Below the pieces are notes generated by a model. That model was not told where the DNA came from. It was given only the letters and a program-made list of their open reading frames with translations, and did not search any database. Shown here in pieces: positions 51,621 to 64,000 of a stretch of 64,000 nt of DNA. Numbering within the stretch: position 1 is the first letter of the stretch; each line of letters begins with the position of its first letter. The stretch is from NCBI GenBank assembly GCA_030141605.1, contig JAQGDQ010000157.1, positions 62,001 through 126,000 on the forward strand. Direction: 5' to 3'. The DNA is from Tubiluchus corallicola. Its lineage: Eukaryota > Animalia > Priapulida. Both the position numbers and the translations under genes were made by a program.

Positions 51621-52280
51621 TAGGCTTGCCACCACTCCTGATTTGGCCGGGAGTCTCCTGAAATTCAGTCATAAATTCGTAGTTTGGTCGGATATTTGAA
51701 AAATTCTGAAATCTGCTGATTTCGACCACCACATTGAAATTTAAGCGGAGAAAAGCGGAAACACAACTTGCGTTCTATTGAAATTTTGCAAAACACAGTA
51801 TTAAGAAAAACAGGTGAGTCTCTGTTAATTTAGATAACAGTAAACTTATTAAATTAAGATTAATCTGTTGCATGGCTTCATTATTTCACCCCGTCTACAT
51901 TTTTCGCCAATTTTTGCTGTAACGGCAAATGCTGCAAGGCAAGTATTTTTCCCTTTTAACTTTTTCACATAACAAGTGCTTAATAATTTGATTGCTAAAC
52001 CGATTACAGAAACCTCAGAAAACTGGGACGAAAGTCCAAAAAATTGATGTACTTTTGTAAGTTTTAGACATTTAAGGCTTTGAAGTATAAAATCAAGAAT
52101 TTGTACTACATTCTAGTTTGAATTTTTTGATTTTAGTTTCTGAAAAAGACCTCATAAAACACCTACTGAGGGAAGTGCTTTGTTTTTGGGTCTCCGTCAC
52201 GGGCCTCACTGGGAGCTCTCACAAGACCCTTAGCTAGCTCTTGACTGCTGACTTCAGTTCAAGACGGGGTGGCAACCCTA
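51621..52280. mobile_element. hAT-like MITE with TAGGGTTGCCA termini
   Basis: TAGGCTTGCCACC ... GGTGGCAACCCTA, a 12/13 inverted match. Confidence 0.65.
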
Positions 52281-52799
52281 CACGCGGCATGTCAAAATTT
52301 AGCACGAACTATTAAAGGCACTTTAATAAACATTGTTATTCAGCTGGCAGCATTTTGTCGTTGCCATTGCCACTGCTACTGTAGCACTGTTGTTACTACT
52401 GCTACACCACTGTTGCCACTGCTGCTGTAGCACTGTTATTACTACTACTACACTGCTGTTCTACTGCTGCCACACCACTGTTGCCACTGCGGTTACACCA
52501 CTATTACCACGGTTGCTCCTTATACAAATATACTATTGCGATTCAGAAAAATATTTCTCCAGTTTATTAAATTGATATTTTCCTCTTTTGGGATACTTCA
52601 CAAGAAATGTTTTCATTAGCCAATCAGGCTTCTCACTCTTTTGAATTGCAATGCACTAATTCTGCAACTTCTTAGCTGTTGTTTTGAGGTTTGATTTAAA
52701 TTAAACTTTCATTTAATCAACATTACAGTGTTGTTTGTTTTCTGTTCAACTGTTGCTAATGACATTGTTTCTCTTCTTTCAGTTTTTGTCTGTGTACAA

Positions 52800-53056
52800 A
52801 TGACGATGCCTTCCCAAGATGCAAGACCGCTTTCAGAGTCTCGGGAAATTCAACTCAGCAACGAAAGACTGGGAGAGAACTCTAGTGGGAAGGATGAGAC
52901 AACTGAGTCAGATTGTCACAATGTGATCACACGTAACACAGTGCTTATTTATCACGAGAAACAGGAAAAGGAACTATGTGCCTTGCACGCCCTGAACAAT
53001 CTCTTCCAGGATAGTAAAGCTTTTACTAAACAAATGTTAGACGAAATATGCCATAG
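52800..53056 (+). CDS. Josephin-domain deubiquitinase (JOSD1/JOSD2-like), first coding exon; remaining exons not found in this window
   Basis: Acceptor tttcag ends at 52782 and ATG is at 52800. Reads [37 protein letters not shown] with the catalytic Cys motif. Donor AG|gtaagt at 53057, phase 2. Confidence 0.9.
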
Positions 53057-53246
53057 GTAAGTTGACTGGTAATAAAATTTATGTGCCAGCAGGCAGCTTG
53101 CTGTTTGGGGGATTAAGCTCCATGCTTCTGGCTCTGGCACACTAGAAGGCTTAATATTATTCACACTTATACTTTTTTATGTTTTTTTGTGTGCTTCTTT
53201 ACTTTTTCTTTATTGCACTATTGTACCTAAATAATATAGTAAATTA

Positions 53247-53520
53247 TAATGTAATGTAATGTAATGTAACGTTAAGTAACATAACATAACATAACATAAC
53301 ATAACATAACATAACATAACATAACATAACATAACATAACATAACATAACATAACATAACATAACATAACATAACATAACATAACATAACATAACATAAC
53401 ATAACATAACACAACATAACATAACATAACATAACATAACATAACATAACATAACATAACATAACATAACATAACATAACATAACATAACATAACATAAC
53501 ATAACATAACATAACATAAC
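53247..53520. repeat. (TAATG)n followed by (ATAAC)n pentanucleotide microsatellite
   Basis: Visible directly; followed by degenerate (TGAC)n and (TGAA)n to about 53750. Confidence 0.97.
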
Positions 53521-53968
53521 TCGTTCATTTATTTCTTAGTTCATTGGTCGATGACTGATTGACTGGTTGATTGACTGACTGACTAACTGACTGACTGGCT
53601 TACTGACTAACTAACTGACCATCCGACTGACTGACTGATCGACCGACTGGCTGACTAATTGAATGATTGAATAAATGGATGAATGAATGAGTGAATTGAC
53701 GAACGAACGAATGAACGAATGGATCCATCCAGTCATTCATTCACTCATTCATTTTCTTCTTCTTTCACTCATCCAATAATTCTACCAGCTGCAAAGCCAG
53801 AGACTACTGTACAAGCATCATAAACAATGGTATTCTACACAGCATGTTTTCATCATCAGCATTCATCATCATCATCACCATCATCATCACCATCATCACG
53901 AGTAAGGTCAGTGCTTGTAGTTGAAATTATTGTAATATTTTCAACTACTTGATGTGTCATGAAAATAT

Positions 53969-54547
53969 TTAAAGGAAGACAGGATGATTTTTCATGTACT
54001 ACCCCATTTTCAAGTCCGATAAAAAGTATGCATTTTAAAACAATTAATACTGCAAAAGCGTCTCTATTAATTAAACAGTAGATTAAAAACTTATTTAACG
54101 GTGGGCGAGTCCAACTAGTGATGACATTCCACGAGTGTGTTGCACACGTGTTTGTCAAAGCGAAAATTGAAGTACAGTGCTGCTGTAAGATATTCAGTGT
54201 GTTGTACTAAAACTAGGCAAGTTTTAAGATAAAAATTCAAATTTTAAATTTAAGTGTCGCACGAGAGTCGAACGTGTGTAGTTTGTCATAGACAAACACA
54301 TCTGAACTGAGAGGTACAGCACCCGTCTTTTGTGCAATACATTTCCGTAATGCTGCGCTAATACCCGTCTAACTAGCGAAATGCATGTAACACCGAAGAA
54401 CTAGTGGTGCGAACGCGAAATCGCGTTTGTGTGGTAATAATTATTTCACGTAAGTCATTTTAGAAAAAATAGTACGTCTCCTTTTTATATTTTAAAGAGT
54501 AGATTGTTTTGACCTACAGTTTAAGATTGGGTCCGGTTTTGCTTTAA
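53969..54547 (+). mobile_element. Kolobok-like MITE (family K), full length
   Basis: TTAA|AGGAAGAC ... GTTTTGCT|TTAA: RR...YY termini with TTAA TSD. Confidence 0.75.
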
Positions 54548-54874
54548 TGTTGTTGGGCAGACGTGAGTTATTTATGGCAAATGATTGTAACTACTGCAAT
54601 ATTTATCAGCGGATGATTTCATGGTTATTTGCTTGGGAGTGACTGAGTTTAGAAAATCAGTGGCTCTGTGGTTTCTATGAAAGCTTGAGCAGGTGTAGAG
54701 TTCTACTGTAGCGGCAGACAATCAATCTACAAACAATCGATTAATTTTACTGTCGTCTCTCAAAATGATGCATAGGTCTCGCCAGGTTTCGACAAATTAT
54801 AAAAGTAAACCTCATTTTCGAAATTTCCCAGCTGTTGACGTTGGGCAAATTAAGAGAAATTTATAATTAAATTG

Positions 54875-55110
54875 TTGTTGTTGAAAACTCAGAACATTTC
54901 ATCCTAGAATGCCCTCATTATTATCAAGAAATGCTATGTTCAGTCAATTAAATAACATACTATGGCCTTTAAATATCAGTACTTTACAATAATAGTAATA
55001 GTGAATTGTTGTCATTGTATCTTTGTGGAAGTGATGATTTTGATGTTGTTGTTAACTGTAAAATTTTTATTGCGTCCAAAATTACATTAGGAATCTACGT
55101 GTCTTAATGT
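54875..55110 (+). mobile_element. CR1/Jockey-group LINE 3' remnant
   Basis: VENSEHFILECPHYYQE, an ExxxHxxxxC zinc-knuckle-like end, followed by LYLCGSDDF...NCKIF. Confidence 0.55.
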
Positions 55111-55817
55111 GATCAGACCTTAGGTTCACTTTTGTGTATTTATGGTAAATTTTAAGACAGTTATAGATATTAATCAATTGTTACTATTATTATTATTATT
55201 CGTTGTGTCACATCTGCTAACTTTCTAATTATATGTCTTTCTTACAAGTATTTGTATGTATCGCTACTTTGATTTTTTTGTATTTATTTTTGTATTCTGC
55301 TTGTACATATTTTTGCATGGTGAGGATTCATGTATCAGTTATAAAACTACATCTAAATCAAATAAACCGTGTTTAAACTAAGTAGTTGACAATGTTTCTG
55401 ACGTGGTCAGAAACTGAAGATTATGCAAACAATAATTACAGAATTGAGCTTTCGAATGATGCCAGTCTTTTGTTTCAAAATTATAATTTAGATTTTATTG
55501 AGTTCGCGTTGCTTGGTTACATAGGGACTGTACTTCACAATGAAATCTCAACTTATACAACTTGTAAACTTTTCAATCCGTGTCCCATGTTTCAGAGTTC
55601 AACAAATTTGTCTCATCCAAAAGCTATGGGAGCAGATGGAGCATAAAAAATGGAAACTCCCGTTCCTTGACCTTTGACCCGGTAGTTTCGGGTCACATAT
55701 AAACATATTTGCATTCATCAGTAATGCACCCTATGAGTTTTGTGCCCTTAGCACTCAGTATCTAAAAGGTCACCGACTGTTGGTACCCTCCAATTTTGCA
55801 TTTTGTAAAGCAGAATC

Positions 55818-56434
55818 TTAAAGCAAACCCTTACCCAATCTTAAACTGTAGCTCAAAACAATCTACTCTTTACAATATTGAAAAAACATTCTATTTTTTC
55901 AAAAATTACTTACGTGAAATAATTATTATCACACAAACACAATTTCAAGTTCGCACCAGTAGTTCTCCGCTATTACATGCGTTTCGCCATTCGCTAGTTA
56001 GACGGGCACTAGCGCCGCATTTCGGAAACACATTGCACAAAAAACAGGTGCCGCACTTCTCGGTTCAATTGTGTTTGTGACGAACTACACACGTTCGACA
56101 GCTCATGCGTGAGCACAGCGGTAAATTTAAAATTTGAATTTTCATCTTAACACTTGCTCAGTTTTGGTACAACTGAATATCTTACAGTAGAACTGCAATT
56201 TTCACTTTCACAAACAGTGAAATATGGAACGCTTATGGAATATTTTTGCTGTTGAAAATTATATTAGTTTGTGATGCCATCAATAGTTGGACTCGGCCGC
56301 CGTTAAATAAGATTTTAGTCTATTATTTAATAATCAGAAAAGCTTTTGCAGTATTAACTGCGTTAAAATATGTACTTCTTATCAGAGTTCAAAATGGGGT
56401 AGTATATGAAAAATAGTCATCTTGTCTTCCTTAA
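55818..56434 (-). mobile_element. Kolobok-like MITE (family K), full length, inverted
   Basis: Reverse complement of 53969-54547, with TTAA at both ends. Confidence 0.75.
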
Positions 56435-57006
56435 TATTAAAAACCGGTAAATCAAGGTAGATCAAGAGGATTCTGCAATAAAGAAATAAATAACTGTACG
56501 AAATCCAAGAAGATTTTGTTTGAATGATAATAATGCAACGTGAAAGTAAGCCATGTAGTTTGGCGAACGGGAAAATGCAGTTGAATGAATTTATGATCTT
56601 CTCAGTTACACATTTTCATCAGTTTCCTCTGCTCAAAAATTAAGCATTTATATGTTGATTTCAAAAATTTATAGTAGACAAATCTACAATTACTACCTTT
56701 TTGAAACTTAACCAAGAGGGAGGAGGTATGAAAAAGCTGGGACCGAGCTTGGGTTTGAACCAGGGACATCTGGATTACAAGTTACTCAAAGATGTCTGGT
56801 GCACAGGCTCAATCCTGAATTTTTCACACCAGCTTTCTTACTCTTAAGTTCGGTTTGACAAATTTGATTCCTCGGAGAACGTTCTATTGGTCTCGGCTAT
56901 TGTGAGCATGAATCGTGAAATTATTTCTGCTGTTCTTTAAACTTTGAGTAGGTTGCTAAGTTGCTACTTTGATTACTCTGTCTTTTGCCAAAAGAGATTG
57001 CCGCCT

Positions 57007-57530
57007 TAATAACTTTCACAGTTTTAGCGATTGATGATGATCGTGAAAAAAGATCAAAGGTTAAGTGTACTAGACAATGCATTTGTGTACACATGGCAAC
57101 GCCTGTTGCAATGTTGGTATTACAACCATGCTGTTGTAATAGTAACAGTTTAAACAGCTAGCTAGAACCTTGCCTATTTCATTTTTTCTTGCTCCCAAGC
57201 AGCAAAATCCTGCTAGTAAATCACTCTACGCGCAGACTAACGCATAATTAAGTAAAGTCCGCGTAAAACAACGGAAGTTACTGGACTGATGCGGTATACG
57301 GCTTTGTTTTACCACATGTCACGTGACGGTTGTAGTTAAGACGCATTGCTGTGGTACACTTAACCTTTGACCTACAGCAACTGTGCGTGCGCACCGTTTA
57401 AAACTGTTACTATTACAACAGCATGGGCTGCAAGGCGTTGTCAAGTGTACACAAATGTGTTGTCTGGTACACTTAACCTTTGACCTTTTCACGATCATCA
57501 TCAATCGCTGGGACTGCGAAAAGGCTTATT
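57007..57530. mobile_element. MITE family A, rearranged, with the left end present at both termini
   Basis: Forward copy to about 57393, then an inverted left-end segment ending GCGAAAAGGCTTATT. Confidence 0.75.
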
Positions 57531-58742
57531 ATTTTTAGTCGATTTCTCCCAGTCTTAAAGCCTTGACTGACTCTACATGGCACACCAGTCACACTATGTC
57601 TGTCAATATAAATCTAGCTAAGTGATGAGCGCTGTTTGCCGCAGTCTTGTATCACATTACTGATGTGTGAGCAACTGATGAATATGGATTACCAATAACT
57701 TATCAATTATGAATCCGTGATGATTGATAAAATGGAGTTGACTGGAAATGTGATGTCTATATATGCACGTCGCTTGCAATTTGGCAATAATAATAAAATA
57801 GGCGCTCATGTTTTGAGCACTACATTAAATACTCCTCTATAAACTAACTTCATTTGTTTAGAAGTAAATATCAAACAGTTTAGGTTTTAGCTTGAAAATA
57901 AGATAGTGCTGTTCTGAGACTTGCCATGGTCTTAATCATAAAGAAGACAACGTTCTCTTGAAATCTCAAAAAAATAAAAGTTTTTGAGATTTAAAGGGTA
58001 CGTTGTCTTCTGTTTAGGTTTTTTTCTATATTATTATTCAAAATAGTTGTTAGATTAGAACTTGGGCGATTTGTCATCTTAAGGCCCGGATTATGACATT
58101 TGTCCCCTAGGCTAATGAAATTATGGGTTCCCCTCAGATGGATCCGCCCTGTAACTCGTCTGAGTTCACAAACGTAGACTGAGACCCTATGATGTACAAA
58201 TAGGGCTCAAAACTTGGGCCTGTTATCTCAAATAAAAGGCCTCAAACATGAGCCCTTTTTCTCAAATAAGTTTTTTATTCAATTTAATAATAACAAAAAT
58301 AATATATTTAATAACACTTTTTTAAAATTGGGTTTTTATGCTCCCATGCCTCCTTTTTTAATGTTGAAATTTTATTTTCAGTTAAATAAATTCTTCAGCA
58401 ATGCAAAACATTAAAATATTAAAATAATTATAATTGAAATTTTTTTAGCAAACCCCTCAAGTTTGGGTCCCCAGTAGCCTTTGCTAGCCTATAGACTCTA
58501 TATTACCCTAGAGTCTATGCTAGGGTAATTCTGCCCTGGTCACATTTATTGAAATGAAGGAAATAGCAGTTAAAATCTTGCTTTCACGTTTTCTGTCCGC
58601 TTCAGAACAAACTGTAGACCTAGTGTCGAGCATGATATTACATAGAAAATAAGAATTAATCTAAAAGTAGTCCGTATTGCTGAATTCCATTTATTAATAC
58701 ATATAGTACCTATTTATGGATTTAGTACACGATATTACAATT

Positions 58743-58989
58743 TGGGGACATCATGTGTCACAGTGACGATATTTATGCCGTATGGAAACAGCGTGTGTAA
58801 CAGTAATGCCAGTTATGCTTTGTTGGGACACCGTGTGTGACAGTGGCGCAACATATGCGGTGTGGGGACATCGTGTGTGACAGTGGCGCAACTTATGTGG
58901 TGTGGGGACATAGCGTGTGACAGCGACGCCGCGTATACGATGTGGAGACATCGTGTGTGACAGTGGCGCCACTTATGCATTGCGGGGTC
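58743..58989. repeat. 40-bp minisatellite (~6 units)
   Basis: Unit TGGGGACATCGTGTGTGACAGTGGCGCAACTTATGTGGTG, period 40 (58863 to 58903). Confidence 0.9.
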
Positions 58990-59439
58990 AAAAAATGCTG
59001 CTACCAACAGTTTTAAGTAACTTTATTAGTGTTTTATTGAGTAACTTTGAATATGACAGCTGAAACATAAAATTCACAAATTGGCACCTCTTTTTAATAC
59101 GATTGTAGATTTTATTATATTCTGATAGGCCTACTGCATTAGTGTAAACTTTCTTACTGATATATCTCATATCAAACACTGAAGCTTTACATGGCAGGCA
59201 AACCCGATACGATGATGTTCACAGAAAGTTTTATCGTGGAATTTTGTTGAACATTTCCTGGAAGAGTTTTATGTTATCCTGAAAATACTCATAAATTACA
59301 AATTTCGCATGCTGGAAAAGTTTAAAATAGCATAACGAAGCTGGATTTTGCTAAAAGCGATGCGTCTGATTTGTCTGGGGACTTAGTATACTCTATCAGA
59401 GACAGGGACTGTAATAAGATCCATTTCTTTATGATCATA

Positions 59440-59785
<346 letters not shown>

Positions 59786-60884
59786 CTATTAAATTAATCT
59801 ACTACTATTATTTCCCTTTGCAAAAGGGATTGCATTTGGGGCTAATACAGCGAATCAGAAAAGTAATCCCTGTTAAAACCAAACAGAAAGAAATGAACGA
59901 ACAGACTGACAAGCAAATACAGTCGTGGGACGGCAGACAAGTAGGTAAATAAGAAAAGAAGAAAGAAACGAAAGAAAAAGTAAATGGGAATGAATGAATG
60001 AATGAATGACTGAGTAGGCAAAGTGGCAAAAACAGGCAAGAACGTAAATTCATACCGCTCGCTAACAACATGTGCACTAATCATATTCTTCCGTTAACAG
60101 GTCTATTAGTATTCCGGCCGCGGGCGCGTACCGAGAACCTCAAACACAGTACTGCAGCTGCGCTACATCTTGCTCAGCTGTTCTTTCATTGCCTGATGAC
60201 TTTCAATATTTCATACAATGCGGCGACCAATATTAGATTTTGTAATTAGGATTTATTGTTGCCATATCAACGCTCGTGCAAACAATTTATCACCTAAGAG
60301 CTTTTAAGCTTTCTCTGGCGTCCCATTTGCGATTTGTTCACAACCTGCAAAGCACATATTATAAAGAGCAATTTTGTCGCAAAAATTTCCTGTTATGCAC
60401 AAGAATGGACAATAAAATGGTAGCTCTCTTTACAGGCTTTCACGGTTTGCACTTTTGCACAAATAATCATATTTATTGGCAAAGAGCGCCTATACGTGTT
60501 GCTAGAATCAGATGAAATAAAAATGTAGGTCTCATCGTGCAAGCCCATGTTTCTCTGTGTATATGTTCATCCGTCTGTTCTTCCAAAGTATTACTTTTGC
60601 CAAATCAGGCAGAGTTATACTGCTTAAGGTTTTTACCTGTCTGCCTCCTAAAGGTGGAATGAAGCGCCAAAGATCAGAGTTAGAATTCCCTGACGTCATT
60701 AGTAGTGTGCATACAATTGCTGATGTCATCATGTTTAATGACGTTATTGACCTTGACGTCTAGGTTGAAAGCGATGACAAAATTGAGACTGGCTCATGAC
60801 TATGTAAGTAATTACACCAATGAAAATCACATAGGTATACTTACATACCCGCATACAAACGTGCATACGTAGTAGAAGTACATG

Positions 60885-61190
60885 TACTACTACTACTACT
60901 GCTGCTGCCGCTGCCACTACCACTACCACTACCACTACCACTACCACTACCACTACCACTACCACTACCACTACCACTACCACTACCACTACCACTGCCA
61001 CTGCCACTGCCACTGCCACTGCCACTGCCACAGCCACTACCACTACTACTACTGCTGCTGCTGCCGCTGCCACTGCCACTGCCACTGCCACTGTCACTGC
61101 CACAGCCACAACCACTACCACTACCACTACCACTACCACTACCACTACCACTGCCACTACTACTACTGCTACTACTACTGCTGCTACTAC
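60885..61190. repeat. Compound (CACTAC)n/(CACTGC)n microsatellite
   Basis: Visible directly in the sequence. Confidence 0.95.
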
Positions 61191-61677
61191 ATCTTAATCA
61201 CATTTAATTCCTGATTTAATTCGTGCTTTACGGCGAAAGTTATAGAAGAGCAAGTATTTTTAATTGATCATTGTTCGGCGGGTGACAGAAAACAAAATTC
61301 CGTCTACTTCGAAGTTTTTAAAATTTTCTTTTTCATGAATAATTTACGATTTTAACAAACATTTATCAAACAACAAATTGCATTTTGTTGAAAAGATGAA
61401 ATATTCGGCCACTTGGGCCTCAGTCTGTAACCGAATGTAACTTCTGTGCAAATATGTACAACAGTAAATTTGTTAAAATGCAGAAAACGGAATCATACGT
61501 GATGAGAACAAAGGCACGAACCGAAAATGTTTTAATAAAGTCAGAATAAAAGTAAAAAAAATAGTCTAAGAGTGAAAAGGAGAACAGGAAATAACCGTAT
61601 GGAAGGCGTACATATATTATTATATTCGTATTCCAGAGCTGAATCACATTTTGGCTATAGAGTTTGTTCCGTAACGA

Positions 61678-62340
61678 AGTTTCGTTGTGCGCACGCGCAG
61701 TTGTTGTGGGTCAAAGGTTAAGTGTACCATAGCAACGCGTCTTAACTACATCCGTCACCTGACGTGTTGGTAAGGCAAAGCCGTCTACCGCGTCAGATCA
61801 GTAACTTCACTTGTTTTACGTGGTCTTTACTTAATTATGCATTAGTTTATGCTTAGAGTGATTTACTAGCAGGACCTAAGCCGGTTATTTTCAGGTCAAC
61901 TAATTCCATTTTAAAATTTAAGATTTCAATATTCAAAAATTGTTTACATGCTGCACCGTCTCTTTTTACTGATAGCAATGACGGTTCAAAGGTCAAAGAC
62001 TGATTGACGATGATCGTGAAAAGGTTAAGTGTACCAGACAACGCATTTGTGTAGCGCAGTCTAAGCTATTGCAATAGTAACCGTTTTAGCAGTTAGCTAG
62101 AACAGTACCTAATTCATTTTTTCTTGTTCCCAAGCAAAATCATGCTAGTAAATCACTCTACACACTGTAATGCATTATTAAGTAAAGTCAACGTAAAACG
62201 ACTGAAGTTATTGAGCTGATACAGCAGACGGCTTTGTTTCACCCCACATGTCATGTGACGATTGTAGTTAAGATGCGTTTTTGTGGTACACTTAACCTTT
62301 GAATATACAGCAACTGCGCGTGCGCACAACTGAAACTTTG
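61678..62340. mobile_element. MITE family A: an inverted right half plus a forward copy
   Basis: About 61678-61877 is the reverse complement of about 62135-62340. Confidence 0.75.
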
Positions 62341-64000
62341 CTTTTTGCGTAACAGCTTTAAACTGCTTTTGACGCGTCTTTCTTCCGCTAGTTTAATTAC
62401 AGTGTTTTTAGACTCGAAATTTCTATTGATCTTCTGTTTTGCTATAAACTACACGTAAGTCTTGATGAATCAGGAAATTAAGAATTTATACGACCTTTGA
62501 TGCCAATTAAATCAATGAGTCAGGAATTGTCTTGTGGCGTGCGTCATACCTAACTTACACGAATCACTGTGAATCCCATGAATACAATGAAATGTGAAGT
62601 GAACCAGCTAAGAGATTTTTGGCTGTTGCATTCCACATATGAAACCCCCCCCCATAATATGAGCCTCCCCCCCCCCCACACACACACAAATGGACCATAG
62701 CTTAGCTAGAGTGCCAAAATTTCCTAATGGAATGTTATGATGGGAAAAGTGAACGAACCTGATCTTATTGGAAAAGTTTCCTACGCCACAAATTTATGCC
62801 AAATACAAAGTTGCAATATTATTATTATCATTTCATTCGTATAACGTCACTTTACAGCACAACATACATAATTTACATGGTAGTTAACAAATAACAAGAA
62901 TGGTTAATTGATTAGTGACTACATTGTTTACAGCGTAAATAAATAATTTACAATTTCTATTAGTTCATAATCAGATAGTGGAACATAGCATAATTTGTTT
63001 AAATAATCCAAAATTTCTAATATCATATGCACATTTGCCATGTCTTGTTCACTTAATCGATTTTTAATAAGCTTTTTATAAACAAAGCTTTTTATATTAT
63101 TGAAGGAAAACAGCGCTTTAAAGTAAAAGAATAACAGAAAATTTTACAGAAACTCTCTTAGGAGCAAGTTTTGTATTTCTGGTAACAAAATGTTGTCTGT
63201 TGCTGTTGCTGCTGCTACAATATCAACAACGACAAGCAAAGGAACACCAGCAAAATAACAACAACAACAACAGCAAAAGCGACGACGACGACAACAGCGA
63301 CAACAACACCAGCAATAACAATCAGAAGCACTACCACACCACAACCAGTATACCAGGTTTAGTCTGGGAGGTCGACAGTTCCATACTGGGCCAGGTCGTT
63401 CCAAAGACTAAAAATGGCACCTGCTGTTGCCCTGCCTGGCGCGTGATGTTTAGGGTATAAGCAGGGTAATAATAGTCTCTGTTATGTAGTTGTAGATTGT
63501 TATTTGCAGTTAGTCCAAAAGCTCCTTAGAACTTGTATTAAGCAGTAGTAGCAGCAGTAACAGTAATAGTAGTAGTAAAACAACTACAATTATTACCACA
63601 ACCACCCACCACTACTACTGTTGCTGCTGCTGCTGCTGCTGCTGCTATTGCTACCGTCGGTGCTGCCACCACCCCCATTATCACTAGTTAAACTACTACG
63701 ACATAAAGACCTGCGGAAGCAGGAAGAACTTGACGACATGCGAATTTAATGCCAAAATAATTCTCATGGGAATAAGTTAGGCAAATTTAAGTAATTGAAA
63801 ATTAAATATTAATGTCAAGTAACGCTTTCAGCACAACAGGTGTGAGATACGTATTGATTAATTCACGCTGCCTTGTCTGATAGTGTGCAAGAATTACTTA
63901 AACAGTTTCGTCATTGAAGAAATTTATGAGTCTGTAACTATGACTGAGCATTCTATGAAATTCCTCCTGACGCTGAGCGTTTTCATTTCATTATGTTAAA

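Noticed and set aside
53210-53528. (MLCYV)n ORFs
   Set aside because: Translations of the (ATAAC)n microsatellite.
57622-57679. Possible C/D box snoRNA (GTGATGA...CTGA...CTGA)
   Set aside because: Short, with no terminal stem and no guide sequence I can match to rRNA or snRNA.

Overview
AT-rich, intron-rich animal genomic DNA, probably from an invertebrate. Degenerate CCCTAA repeats are present and the species cannot be identified from this window. Four protein-coding genes can be reconstructed from GT-AG splice sites. (1) The last two coding exons of FAXDC2 (+). (2) LARP1 (-), with a 43-nt first coding exon and one 3.1-kb exon, about 1053 aa, tail-to-tail with FAXDC2 as in human. (3) A complete 16-exon CCDC22 (-, 46691->19601, about 609 aa). 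(4) The first coding exon of a Josephin deubiquitinase (JOSD1/2-like, +), head-to-head with CCDC22. The introns are packed with non-autonomous DNA transposons (Tigger/pogo-, hAT-, piggyBac- and Kolobok-like MITEs), LINE fragments, microsatellites and minisatellites. A near-intact 4.05-kb RTE retrotransposon with a 10-bp TSD and one frameshift is inserted in a 43-bp intronic satellite. The most notable observations are: a ~1-kb minisatellite built from the CCDC22 exon 6/intron junction itself, giving a tandem array of near-perfect 5' splice sites; an almost intron-free LARP1 in a conserved gene neighbourhood; a partial HDV-ribozyme-like core at the RTE 5' end; and inverted MITE pairs bracketing in-frame CCDC22 exons.
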